The translations under genes and the position numbers were made by a program. From NCBI GenBank assembly GCA_002633005.1, contig NMRA01000104.1:330070-394069 (forward strand): a DNA stretch of 64,000 bases, written 5' to 3'. Under the pieces are notes generated by a model that was not told where the DNA came from, did no database searches, and was given only the letters and a program-made list of their open reading frames with translations. Positions 12,041 through 23,510 of the stretch are shown piece after piece (the stretch's first letter is position 1; every line of letters starts with the position of its first letter). The DNA comes from Phoronis australis (taxonomy: Eukaryota; Animalia; Phoronida).

Positions 12041-13800
12041 ATGCCCTCACAAATCTCGCTAAAAAAAGAAATCACAATTAAACCAGTTGATAAAGGATCA
12101 GCAGTTGTTATAATGGACAAGCAGAAATATATTGACGAGGCTCTCCGACAACTTAATGACACAGCATACTACAAACTTTTAGATAATAACCCCAACACAA
12201 AACATATCAGCCTTATAACTAAAACTATTTTGAATGCTTTCCATTTAGGTCACATTGACAAAGACACCAAAACCTACCTCATTCCTAATGATGCTCAACC
12301 TAGTCGCTTTTATCTAAAATCCACAAAGAAGGTAATCCTGGACGCCCAATTATAGCCAGCAACAACTGCCTACAGAAAAATTTTTCTAAGTTTGCCGACT
12401 ATCATCTTCAGCAATTTGTCCCCACCCTTCCTTCATATGTTAAAGATACGAATCATTTTCTTAATATAATTAAAATTAAAAACATCTGATTCAGTGATTA
12501 ACCTAAACATGCCCTTCTCGTAACTATTGATGTTAAAAGCTTATACACTAATATTCCTCAACATGACGGCACAGAAGCCTGTACCAAGTTTCTTAGTCAA
12601 CGTAATAATCCTAATGTGCCTACATCTTTTATTCGCTCTCTTCTTGAACATGTACTTACCATGAATCATTTTACCTTTGACGATAATCACTATCTCCAAA
12701 TATTAGGCACAGCTATGGGCACTAGGGTTGCTCCTACTTTTGCCAACCGTTTTATGGGAAATCTTGAAAACAACTTCACCAAATCCTGCTTTGAAAAACC
12801 TCTTCTCTGGCTAAGGTACATTGATGACATTTTTATGATCTGGACCCATAGCCCACAAAAATTATATGTATTTTTAGAAAATATTAACAAATTTCACCCT
12901 ACTATGAAGTTCACTCATGACATTTCTCAAAATAAAGTCTCATTTTTAGATGTAACTGTCATCCTTAGTAATGATAAACTAGAAACTGACTTATTCTGTA
13001 AAGAAACTGACAAACACCAATATCTGTCATATCACTCGTGTCATCCCTTTCATTGCAAGAAAAGCTTTCCATATAGCCTTGCCCTAAGAATTCGACGCAT
13101 TTGTTCAGAAGAAACTTTCTTTAATAACCGTTTAAAAGAACTCAAGTACTATCTAGTTCAACGTCATTTCCCTTTACATCTTATACACAGTTTGACAAAG
13201 TCCGTTCAATCACACGAAATGAATCTTTAAGAACTTTTAAAACTAAAGGCAATACTACTAATAGAATGCCATTCATAACTATGTTCAATCCATGTTTAAA
13301 CGAAATTAGCCACGTCTTCAGAAAATATCTTTCCACGCTGCATATTTCCCCTCAAATGAAAAACCTATTTCCTCATCCACCTATAATTTCTTGGAGAAAA
13401 TGTAAAAATCTAAAAAATTATTTAGTTAAAGCTAATATCGACAATATACACCAAACTGACAAACCTATTGGCAACACACAATGTAACAAAACTAGGTGTA
13501 AAATGTGTAACTTTATCAACGATAGCACTTTTTTCCAGTCTTCCCAAACCGATGAAAATTTTGAAATAAAACAAAACTCGGTTTCGTAATCATAGATTTA
13601 ACATAATACATAAAAACATTTCTGATACTATAGGCAATCATTTCAATTCCAAAAACCATAATATTCAAGAGCTTTCTGTACAAATAATAGAAAAACTCCA
13701 ACACCCCAGTACCCCTCACAGACTCAAAAAGAGAACAATATTGGATAGACAAGCTCAATACACTAGAACCTCATGGATTGAACATAAAAACTTCTTAAAT
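12041..13800 (+). mobile_element. Penelope-like retroelement (Neptune-type), frameshifted RT and truncated GIY-YIG region
   Basis: ORF pieces with ITIKPVDKGSAVVIMD, GTAMGTRVAPTFAN, WLRYIDDIFMIW, FLDV, YHSCHP and a CxxxxCxxC linker (CNKTRCKMC); several frameshifts. Confidence 0.92.
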
Positions 13801-14335
13801 TATATCACTGAATTTTTAACGCAAAAATGTATCATATTCATTACACCATATCTGAAATGTCAATTGTCATATAGTGTTTGATTTTACTTTATTTCTGTTT
13901 CTGTTGACAAAGGACGTTATTACATCCGAAAATTTCAGTTGATCCATTCTTGTTGTTTTATTTACCTATTTATTTTATTGACATCTACCTGTAGTGTTCA
14001 ACCGGAAGAATTTTGTATAAGTGCATTGTAAACATATACAGGTTGGAAAACTAATGACTTTCTAGTGGGAGTAAGCATTATAACTACACGTGCTAATTAA
14101 TCTGATGTACATTTATAGCATGGTTCTCACGGGCAAAGTTAAAAGATAACAAATTAAATAGTTGTGAAGTTGGCAGTTAAAAATGATACGGTGCCAAGTA
14201 TGAACGATAACTTTGGTGGTGAGCAGAGTGGAATAGGCTGTCACGGTGGCACGAACCTGATACGACCTTTCAATGTGAAGCCCTCGTGGCTAACAACATC
14301 TTTGGATCACTGGGGAGGACACTCCATTAACAGCT

Positions 14336-14396
14336 ACCACCACCACCCTGCACCACCACCACCACCACCACCACCACCACCACCACCATCACCACC
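14336..14396. repeat. (CCA)n microsatellite
   Basis: Direct reading. Confidence 0.9.
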
Positions 14397-14692
14397 TGGC
14401 TGTGGTGCCATTTCGATGTTGATAATGACTGTCAAGTAGTTGTTAGGCTAAGGAATGTGTAGTCACGGAAAAAGAATGATACAATAGATAATATGACTAC
14501 ACAAAGCGAGAATTAACGGAAAACAATGGGTTTATATAGGTAACGATAGCCTTATGGATGATTTTGTCTAGGTCACACGTGACCTGAAAAAGTCGAGGGA
14601 CCTGGAAAGAAGAGAGAGGGAGAGAGATACCAGAAACAGTTCTAATTAGGAGATGGTTCCACAGCTGTGAAACTGTGACACGGATAAATTTG

Positions 14693-15302
14693 TTTATACC
14701 CCAATATTAGACTCGAATGGCAGATACAACCGTGTAATAACCCATAAAGTTATCTCACTAGTGAGATAACGGTTTGGCGGGAAACCGAGGCCGGATTCGA
14801 ACCCGGGCCTCAACAGTTGCGAGTCGCCGACTTTACCACTACACCACTGACGTCATCGAACGTGAAAATAGAATACTTAAATGAGCACGCGCAACAATTG
14901 CATGTTCAGCAAAGGGCATTGCACCGACTTTTATACGCTATGAAAAATAAGACGCATAATTTCCGAAGCTTAGCGTGATAAATGTGTAGTAAGCTATAAT
15001 AGTTGCTAAACCTTAATTTATAGATTCACTTTATTTCTATTTTGTTTTATTTTTCAATTGGTTTCGAGTAAAAGCATTATTTTACAAAAATATCTCGGCT
15101 TTTTTTAAAAGGTCACGACCTACGACCCCGGGCCTCTGACATAGAAAGTAGTTACAAAGCCGAGGCGAGTCGAGAAAGGTAGATCGATTCATTGCAATGT
15201 TTCTCGTTCAGTATGTAACGCCCCTCGGGCGATAATTCTCCAAAATCCACTCGGGCTCTAGATAACGGGGGATAACGACTGAGAACATGTAATAATCTAT
15301 AT
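14693..15302 (-). mobile_element. Inverted copy of the 9843-10718 element
   Basis: Reverse-complement similarity along the length, with internal deletions. Confidence 0.8.
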
Positions 15303-15588
15303 TTACTCATTCCGTTCCACGTCTTGCGCAGTAGCGTCTGCAAAAATCATCTCGTGTCAGTATAACACGCAACTCTACTGAATAATCGATCGAACACTGA
15401 GGTCAACAATTGAAAATTATCATAAAACGGTCACGAAAGAAACGAAAAAGTAAAGTATACAGAAAATTGTCACGATTTTACTGACTTTGGAGAACAAATG
15501 AAGAGGTTTCGGGGAAACTCCCATTAGGGCAACAAACATTGCAATCTTTTTTGTTTAGCGTCTCAGAAACAACACTCAATGCCCACCC

Positions 15589-15773
15589 TCAGTAGAAATG
15601 GATCCAAAACGCCGGCTCAATCCCCACCAGGGTAGAAGTAGTAGTGTTCTGACATCCCTCCTTCTCAAAGCAGCACTTAGGTGTAGTCAGTCGGAGGGTA
15701 GTGCATTTTTGCTTTAGCTTCCTTTTCTTCGGCCACGGTATGCACATGCGTTTGAAAGGTTCGCAAGAATCCA
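15589..15773 (-). CDS. Gene A exon 2: mature six-Cys cationic domain
   Basis: Acceptor attttag (15774), phase 1 matching exon 1; (V)DSCEPFKRMCIPWPKKRKLKQKCTTLRLTTPKCCFEKEGCQNTTTSTLVGIEPAFWIHFY*; Cys spacing shared with B and C. Confidence 0.8.
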
Positions 15774-16847
15774 CTAAAATAAAATTGATTAGTAATACAG
15801 CCATAACAGACTGCAGCAAATAATTTTTAAAAAGCCCACTTCTGGATTGCCGTTACAATGTGTACTGGGAGACAAATTTCGGCGACTAGACTGACTACAA
15901 GTAAATTAATAAAAAGAACATCGAGATGTCCTATTGTAGTGCAGGAAGTTTTCTAGCTAAAGGGATGCTGAATGTGTTCACGGGGTGAAAAAGACGGACC
16001 ATAACCACAAATTGAATTAAGTCGCCTTTGAGCGTATTGTTCTTTTGAGCGTATTGTTCTTTTGGGCATATTGTTCTTTGGAGCATGTTAATCGTCTTGT
16101 TAATGCTATGTGACATAATTTTGACGTAGGCAGTACCTACCATAGGTCAAATCTCTGCAATACACGCGCTCATTTAGGCTGTGCCTATACCCTGAATTCT
16201 AGGCGCATGTGCCTATAGGGGAAATGCTTGAAAGTGATGTTCCAGACATAAGCGCGTCCATTTATTTTGATTAAAATATGTTCAGCTATTTGGCTCGTGG
16301 AATCATAGACTATCATCTATGTAGTGAAGAATCTTGCGAATAGTTAGGCTCGCATAATCGCCTAGGCGAACTGCATGTATATACATTTAGTTTGAAACTT
16401 AATTTAAGCACTTATGTTTGTTTTTCAGCCAAAACGGTAGGCATTTTTACCGATATTCATAAAAATTTTAAGTTTCTCCCAAACATTATACGCTATTCAA
16501 TCAAATTTGCAGTACGAGAACAATAAAAACAATTTTGCACTGAACATTAGTCACTGAAGTGGACTTTTATATCCGTTGTTTCTACGTGTTAAATAAAACT
16601 TCACAAGTGGGTTTAACAGAAGATCCTATATGAGTTATAATCCAGGAGATGGACTGTCAATATAAAGTCGCGTAAAAATGTTTGGCACGGCAAGATTAAG
16701 CGCTTTCGTAGAAGACAATTCTTGTGCCTGTGTTCACAGCAAGGGATGTGCCTGTGCAAAGGACACTCAACTGCGCCCATGAGCGAAACGTTTGAGCAAA
16801 CAATTTCTTTGGAAAAAATATTATTTTGAATATAAGCGCAGGGCTTT

Positions 16848-17051
16848 TAAGGTGGTCCAAAGATGACATCGCGCGTTTCTTTTTTAATTATCTCAGGATC
16901 TCGAGATCCCGACTTAATTATCTCAGGATCTCAAGATCCCGACTTATTGATCTCACTCACGATCTTGAGATCCTGACTTAATTATCTTGGGATCTCGATA
17001 TCCTGAGATAATTAAAAAAGAAACGTGCGATGTTATCTTTGGGCCACCGTA
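16848..17051. mobile_element. Palindromic MITE in the gene A intron
   Basis: GGTGGTCCAAAGATGACATCGCGCGTTTC at the left is inverted to GAAACGTGCGATGTTATCTTTGGGCCACC at the right; internal GATCTCGAGATC repeats. Confidence 0.8.
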
Positions 17052-17444
17052 GGCCTCGATTCGCTCATACACGATAAACAGAATTTTTCCTAACGAGAAA
17101 TAATGCGCCTTTTCAAGCGCTTATGATGTCTTTACACACTGGAACTTGCGTCAAAACGCCCCTTATGTGGACTTAGTCGAGTGTCATGGATACACCCACA
17201 AATCTTAAACTTGCTATTTTTGCGTAATATCAGAGACCTTCTTTGGTAATATCCATTCTTAGTACTTTGGTTTCGAAATAATAACTTGAGAGTTTCAAGT
17301 GAAAACATATGAACACCTACCGTTTTGTCAAGGATATATTAATTTCAACATACGTACTATTTTAATTCGTATTGGCGCATACGCCTAAATTCTTACAGTA
17401 AGCGAATAAACGGGATCAGAGGACTGCATGGTTTGAATTCTTAC

Positions 17445-17607
17445 CAACGTTCACCTCTTTCCGTGCCCTTGCCAGTTCTGAGTTGATTTCAACTTCTCCT
17501 CTTCCTGCATAATTCTCTTGTACGTCATCCAGTGGAGCGGGTGTTACTATCCCCAAGCAAATTAATATAACTAATAAGACTAGCGCCTTGCCAATCATCT
17601 CTCTCAT
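17445..17607 (-). CDS. Gene A exon 1: signal peptide plus acidic propeptide with RARK site
   Basis: MREMIGKALVLLVILICLGIVTPAPLDDVQENYAGRGEVEINSELARARKEVNV, then G|gtaaga donor (17444); TATA box about 40 nt upstream; spliced product 115 aa from the first ATG. Confidence 0.82.
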
Positions 17608-17646
17608 CGGTGAGACGTGAACTCGCCAACACTGTCTTCGGCATAC

Positions 17647-17654
17647 TATTTATA
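17647..17654 (-). promoter_or_regulatory. TATA box of gene A
   Basis: TATAAATA on the minus strand, 40-47 nt upstream of the ATG. Confidence 0.6.
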
Positions 17655-18924
17655 AGGAGCTGTGGCTGCTGTCTTGTTAGCCGTTGCACGCATTCGTGTC
17701 CGATGTCCATTTTATTGCAAAATACTTTCCAAGATACTATTTCAGAATTCGCTACCAGTATCTAATAATGTTCATCGAAATTTGATACTAAGGTGTGGGC
17801 AAACTGACCCCTTCGTTGAAGGTATAGTGAATCACACGGCGTCGAAACAAAAGGATTAACACTATTAATGCTGTTCTGCTGTAACGTGGTGGGGGCGTAA
17901 TATTGGTCACAGCAACACCTTTAAAGCCCACTCATCTGTCAAAATGATCTCCTACTATGACGACGTTACATGCATTTTCAAATCAAAGGAGTCAGGAAGG
18001 CGTTTTCGACAATTTCATTCAGCCCCACCTTGTGCCATCGCTGCAAAACAGGAAGTTGTGATCCCGAACAAAGACAAAGTAAAATGTGGGAAAAAAGGGC
18101 GTATTACAAAAAGTCAAGCTGGTCATCGATAGCCGAGAATATTACCTCAGGGAGTGTGTTGTTGTAATCGGAATACATGAGGACCAGAATGAGAACATTG
18201 TCGTCATGAGCGATGGGAGTAAATTGAGTGTAAATCTAACACCTGAGAACATCAGTCAAACCCACATATTTGATAAGCAAAGTCAGGAAGTGTCATATTC
18301 AAATTTAATTGTTTTATACGCTAGCATATTACTTTTCGTAAAAAGACGGTAAACAACTGGAAGTGGAACACATCTTTATAAGCGAAAGCTTCCCAAAGTG
18401 ACGCTCGTTCTCGTTTTATATCCACTGCGGCGAAGCGTGAGTAAAGATCGAAACAAATCATGCCAAAAACATGAACCAAATGCGAGGAAGTCTTCTCCAT
18501 CATAAACGACAAGGACACTGGGTACGCCACTTCTGAACAAGATGTACTCATTACCAAGGACCCGAGGAATCTCAAACGCTGAGCAGTTAGAATCTTTGGT
18601 GTTTCCAACCAAGTGACTGTCAATCGTGAAGTTTTCAAATATTTGTCTGGTCAATATTAGTTTAATTTGCATTTCCTTTAATAAACATGTCTACACTGTA
18701 TCTTCTAAACAAATACCGTAAATTATTGTTGCCAGCACCATGGTCTGCTTCACTGCCATACATTTTCTCTATGATTGCCAAGTTTACATTTCCTATGAGT
18801 GCACCCTGGCTGGTGGTTAACTGTAAAACTACTCACCATTGGAAAATTAGGCAATGCCATGTTATATGTTTACCTACTCCTCGCGCCCATAGGGAATTTT
18901 TTTCTGTCCTAAACCGATAGACAC

Positions 18925-19170
18925 GTTTCATGAAATTTCTTAAAACCAAAATTAAGACTGAATTCGCTAAGACCGAAATTTAGCATGATACGGAGCCCGT
19001 TTCATAAGAGGTGACTTTCAGACTTGACTTGAAACCAAAAACTTGTCTAGCACGTTAAGACCGAAAATCGGGCTAAATTAAGACTGAACACGAAATTTCA
19101 GGAAAGACCGTTTTCATGAACACAAAGTCGGATTTGGGTGTTCGGTCTTACTTAGACAAAAATTACGTAA
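18925..19170. mobile_element. PIF/Harbinger-like MITE end fragment
   Basis: TTTCATGAA / TTTCATAAG with repeated TAAGACCG/TAAGACTG motifs, similar in style to 23130-23400. Confidence 0.4.
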
Positions 19171-20002
19171 GGTTTTGACATTGGTGAGCAGACAAACTTT
19201 CGCCACCCGTGTTGTGTGCGATGCGGTGAGTGTGTGAAATACGAAATTGAAAGGCATGTTGTTCAACCGGCTACTTTGTCATTGGTGAAGATTTGATTAA
19301 GATATTAAATTGATAGAAACGCCACTACAACAAAGCAACTTCACAATTTCCCCGTGTTTGTGCTAAAACGATAAGGAATATTCTATTTATTTCAATGTGA
19401 AGTGCCCATTCAACTGACCTTGCTGAGAGTGCTAAAATTCGTTAAAATTTGTTTTGAAATCGTTTTTTAAAAGTCCGATTTTGTGCCACAATAGGACACA
19501 TATTTTATTACTTTTAAGCATAAATTGTGCTTTTGATTCACGTTTAATACCTTATTATTCCAATTCAGGTTATATCAAAGCAACAAAACGTGAAGAATCT
19601 TACTTGATTTACAAAAATAGATTATGTTTTGATAAAACAATGTAAAGTGTGAACCTTACAAATTCACAATTTTTCATTACCATGCTTGTCAAATTCTACT
19701 TTAAGGAGAAAACACAAACATGTAGGTATATTTTTTACTCACCTGTTAGCATTCACTTCTAGTCTGCAGTGGGGAATCTAGAAGTTGCAGAAAGGGGCCC
19801 AACCACACATATAGGAAGGCAAAGGTCTGCGTGAATTCCAAGCGTTCTCTGAAGGAGGGGGGGGGGNTTTTAACGGAAAATAGTCGCGTAACGCCAAGAA
19901 ACGATACGCTGGCGGCGTTTTTAGTCGCCCATGTGGTGTGTCCTCAGTCCCCTTTATCCGCTTATGGTATCACACTATAATTGCTATTTTATCTTGAAAT
20001 AT

Positions 20003-20092
20003 TGAGGGCCATCTTGGAAAGCAGTGCTATCACTGAAGAGGCCACCCTCATTTTAAATATCACAATAAATAAGTAAATAAATAAATAAATAA
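20003..20092 (+). mobile_element. 3' tail of an L2/CR1-type LINE
   Basis: GGAAAGCAGTG...ACTGAAGAGGCCACCCTCATT followed by (AATA)n; same tail at 49395-49473. Confidence 0.6.
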
Positions 20093-20404
20093 ATTCATCT
20101 AAAATTTCATTACTCGGCGAACATATGCTACTCCGTACTCTTCAAAGACTAATTACACAAACACGATGTTACACAAGCAGTCCGATGTTTCAATGATCGA
20201 GCCGAACACTATTTACCCGGTACAATGAGTACACGTTACAATGAGTACACGTCAGTGCATGCACTCATATGTAATGCGCAAAATTGAAGGAGGAGTTTCT
20301 TGCAAGCAGCTGTTCTTATTTTTTATTTAATTGTTTAAGTTAGTAAATCACCAGGTGCTGGTAACCAGTCCAAAGATAGAGTGCCTAATATAATAATTAC
20401 AGAA

Positions 20405-20980
20405 TACGAACTTTAAAATCAGCGCATATGTAAACGACGACATATTAATCGACGTTTCGGTTTATTGTCACTAAACCATTCGCAAGACAACTGTTTACAA
20501 TATTACAGTCAAGTAACACACGTGAAGAACAGTCTGCACAGGTACACGTCAAAATGCATTGTGAGGGGGAGGGACCAGAAATCAAAACAGTTGGAGCTCA
20601 AATGAACCAATGTTTCTATTCAGATAGAGCTTAGCGTGATTTAACCGAAAATGCATAGAGCCTTGTCCAAGATCTGAACACCGGAGTAATCTATAGTGTG
20701 ACCAGTTGTCAACAGCATTGTGTGTGTCTACAGAGTTTATTGACTCTTAATCATTAATTGTTATTGATTCATTTCAACTCCAACTGTTTTGATTTCTGGG
20801 TTCTCTCCTCACAATGCATTTTGACGTGTACCTGTGCAGACTGTTGTCCACCTGTGTTACTTGACTTGAATATTGTGAACATTTGTTTTGAGAATGGTTT
20901 AGTGACAATAAACTGAAACGTCGATTAATATGTCGTCGTTCACATAAATATGTATATGCGCTGATTTTAAATTTCGTGTT
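20405..20980. repeat. About 200 bp diverged inverted repeat (20405-20605 vs 20768-20980)
   Basis: Arms align as reverse complements; probable MITE or transposon end. Confidence 0.8.
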
Positions 20981-21049
20981 CATATTTTGGCCAAAAACAA
21001 ATGTGATCAATAGTTATAGAATTCTCCACAAATTTTTCCAAGTTACATG

Positions 21050-21600
21050 ATTATCGGAACTGAGAATTATCAGCAGTTCCGTGTTGTCGATTCATTCACG
21101 TTTCGGCATAAGGTCCTGGGTCGAACATGGAAAGTGGAAGACCAATGACTTTACCAAACAGCGAGCTGGAGGTAGTTTCTAATAGCAAACAAGAGCGTTC
21201 GTCTCATATGTGTTCTTATCCGATTCATTTCGCTGAATCCTCGTTCACATTCAGCTGTACAGCTACAAGGAAGAGCCTTAATGTAGAAGTCCAGTTTTTC
21301 AGAGCACTTGGTAGGTTGTCTACTCTAACCGTCTCTTCCATTTCAACGAACTCACGCATTCCTCTGATTGCCGATGTGGCAATCAACCCAAACCCATCGC
21401 AAATGCGCCTAACTTCGTGTTCGCCATTTTTTATCCCGGATCCCATCGGCCACAATTTGGGGTCCAAGATGCCTAGAATAGAGCAAAATGACTGCTCATC
21501 ATTATCAAGTCAACGCCACTCCAAGTTCAATAACTAGTCCAGAACGTATGGTCACTCGCGCTGGAACATTCGGCAACAATGCTGTCGTCAGCGTAGCAGT
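21050..21600 (-). mobile_element. hAT transposase C-terminal (dimerisation domain) relic
   Basis: Frameshifted minus-strand pieces MDPKLWP..., IKALPCSCTAECERGFSEMNRIRT and SSSLFGKVIGLPLSMFDPGPYAET; the ERxFS motif is typical of hAT. Confidence 0.75.
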
Positions 21601-22112
21601 GCCTCGATGCCGTAAGCTATTGTATCAAGACTACGCCCCACTATACCGTCACTTAGGCCTACTGTGCATAGGTGCTACGTTTAAATGCCAAAAGGTGGTT
21701 GGTTGTGCCTACGTGCACCAGTCCCATGCGCCCCACTACAACACTGGTTGATGGTCATGATGACTTCATATATAAACTCAACAGTTACTTTTGGATGTGG
21801 TCATCATAGCTGTCCCTCCCTTCGCTTTAAGTCGTTTGCCCTCTTTAAAATTCTATGTATATACCATATAAAAGTTTTAATTTATTTTAATTCAATTTGT
21901 AAACTTAATTTTCAAATATTCATTTGATTTAATGTAACTAAATCTAATCTAACTTAATTTATTTATTTAATTTATTGCTGTTAGAGGACCATGGTTTTCT
22001 TTAAAGCATGTTTTTCAAATTTGTTGTATTTATCCTCTATAAATAAAGTTTATTATCATCATTATTGTTATTATTGTTATTATTACTAAAAACAAAAACG
22101 GTTTTAAAACGG

Positions 22113-22155
22113 CTTGACATTTTCAGTGTCATTATTTAAACACCATCATCAGAAG
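22113..22155 (-). ncRNA. Minimal hammerhead ribozyme-like motif at the 3' end of a Penelope element
   Basis: ctt-CTGATGA-t-GGTGTT(taaataat)GACACT-GAAA-AT-GTC-aag on the minus strand. Confidence 0.6.
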
Positions 22156-22249
22156 AAGAGAAATATGGTGGCCACCTAGCTAGGCCCAACAACAAGTGAT
22201 GAAACACAGACACAGTCAGTTACAGGGAGTGACAATAAACTAGACCAAC

Positions 22250-22745
22250 AATGACAACCTGTGGTGTGCCAGTTGCGTATTGAGATTGGGCTTTCACCAA
22301 CTGATGTGTACAGCCTCACGAATTTTAAGCTTCTTTGTTGTTTCTGCTTGGTCTATTATATCAAAGTCATTGAAAGGGCGTTGTTGATAACAATGATTGG
22401 AACTCTGTGGATGAATATTAACATGTGAACCTTTGTCAGAAGTTAGATGTTCTCTGGTCCTGGTTTTCAAATGGCGAACTGTTTCGCCTATATAACAGGA
22501 GCCACATCCAGCACAAATAAATTTGTATACTACCCTGGACCGTAGACCCATAGGAATTTTGTCCTTATGGTTAAATAAATTTGACAGTTTTAGAGACTTG
22601 GATGTTAATACAACTCTTAAGTTAACACAGTAATCATTCACCAATTTGTTGAGTTTTCTTTGAGCAATCTTGGCGTAAACCCCAACATATGGTACTTTAC
22701 AGTACTTGTAGTTAGTTATGTCTACAGGATGAATGTCATCAGGGT
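22250..22745 (-). mobile_element. Penelope (Poseidon-type) GIY-YIG endonuclease fragment
   Basis: KDKIP...SRVVYKFICAGCGSCYIGETVRHLKTRTREH...KLKIREAVHI. Confidence 0.9.
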
Positions 22746-22789
22746 TACGTTGTAGTTTTGCTTTCAGTCCCCTCTTGGAGTAATTTGAG

Positions 22790-23130
22790 AAACTTTAAGA
22801 TCATCAAAGAGCTGCAAAGAAACAAAAAACCTAGTGATAATTAGACCCGATGAGAGAAATAGTGTAGTTATTTTAGATCGTAATGATTATGTCAATTCTT
22901 TAAATAAAAATTCAAAGTGATGAAACGAAGTTTAGGCGTGTCAAAGCAGATCCTACACTAATTACAGAAGGACAGCTACAGAGTTTTTTTCGAAAATTAA
23001 GAATGATAGTAGTTTAGATACTGAAATTTACAACTATTTGTATCCACGAGACTCACTGCCAAGTAGACTATATAGTCTACCGAAAATACACAAACAGACA
23101 GAGGATCCATTCTTTCATTTAGACCTATTC
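22790..23130 (+). mobile_element. Penelope RT N-terminal fragment, inverted relative to the GIY-YIG piece
   Basis: Degenerate LVIIRPDERNSVVILDRNDYV...RLYSLPKIHK...FRP motifs. Confidence 0.7.
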
Positions 23131-23510
23131 AGCCGATTTCATAAAGATGGTTTAAACTAAAACCTGGTTAAAACTGGACTTAGACCAGGTTTAAAGACAA
23201 TCTGCATTTCATAAAGGTGGCTAAACGTTTTTAGACCAGTGGTCTAGTAAAACCTGGTTTAACTCCACTTTAGACCTGGTCTAATTCAGTTTTTATTTCA
23301 CCAACGAGGTCTATATTCCTTAGACCTGTATTAAGACCTTAAACCAGGTTTAACTTTGGACTTGGTCAGACCCAGGTTTAACTGTTAAATATGACAGACT
23401 TGCATGGTTTAGGTGCAACGGAATGGTGCCTTTGTGTGCAGTTGCGACGGAGGACCGAAAATGGACTATTTTCAATATTCAGTTTTACGACGACACAAGG
23501 TCAAACGTAG
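23130..23510 (+). mobile_element. PIF/Harbinger-like element end
   Basis: GCCGATTTCATAAAG start and repeated ACCTGGTT/AGACCAGG subterminal motifs. Confidence 0.45.

Noticed and set aside
19743-19763. 21-nt microexon-like segment (also 60066-60079)
   Set aside because: Good splice sites but no frame-compatible link to any model.
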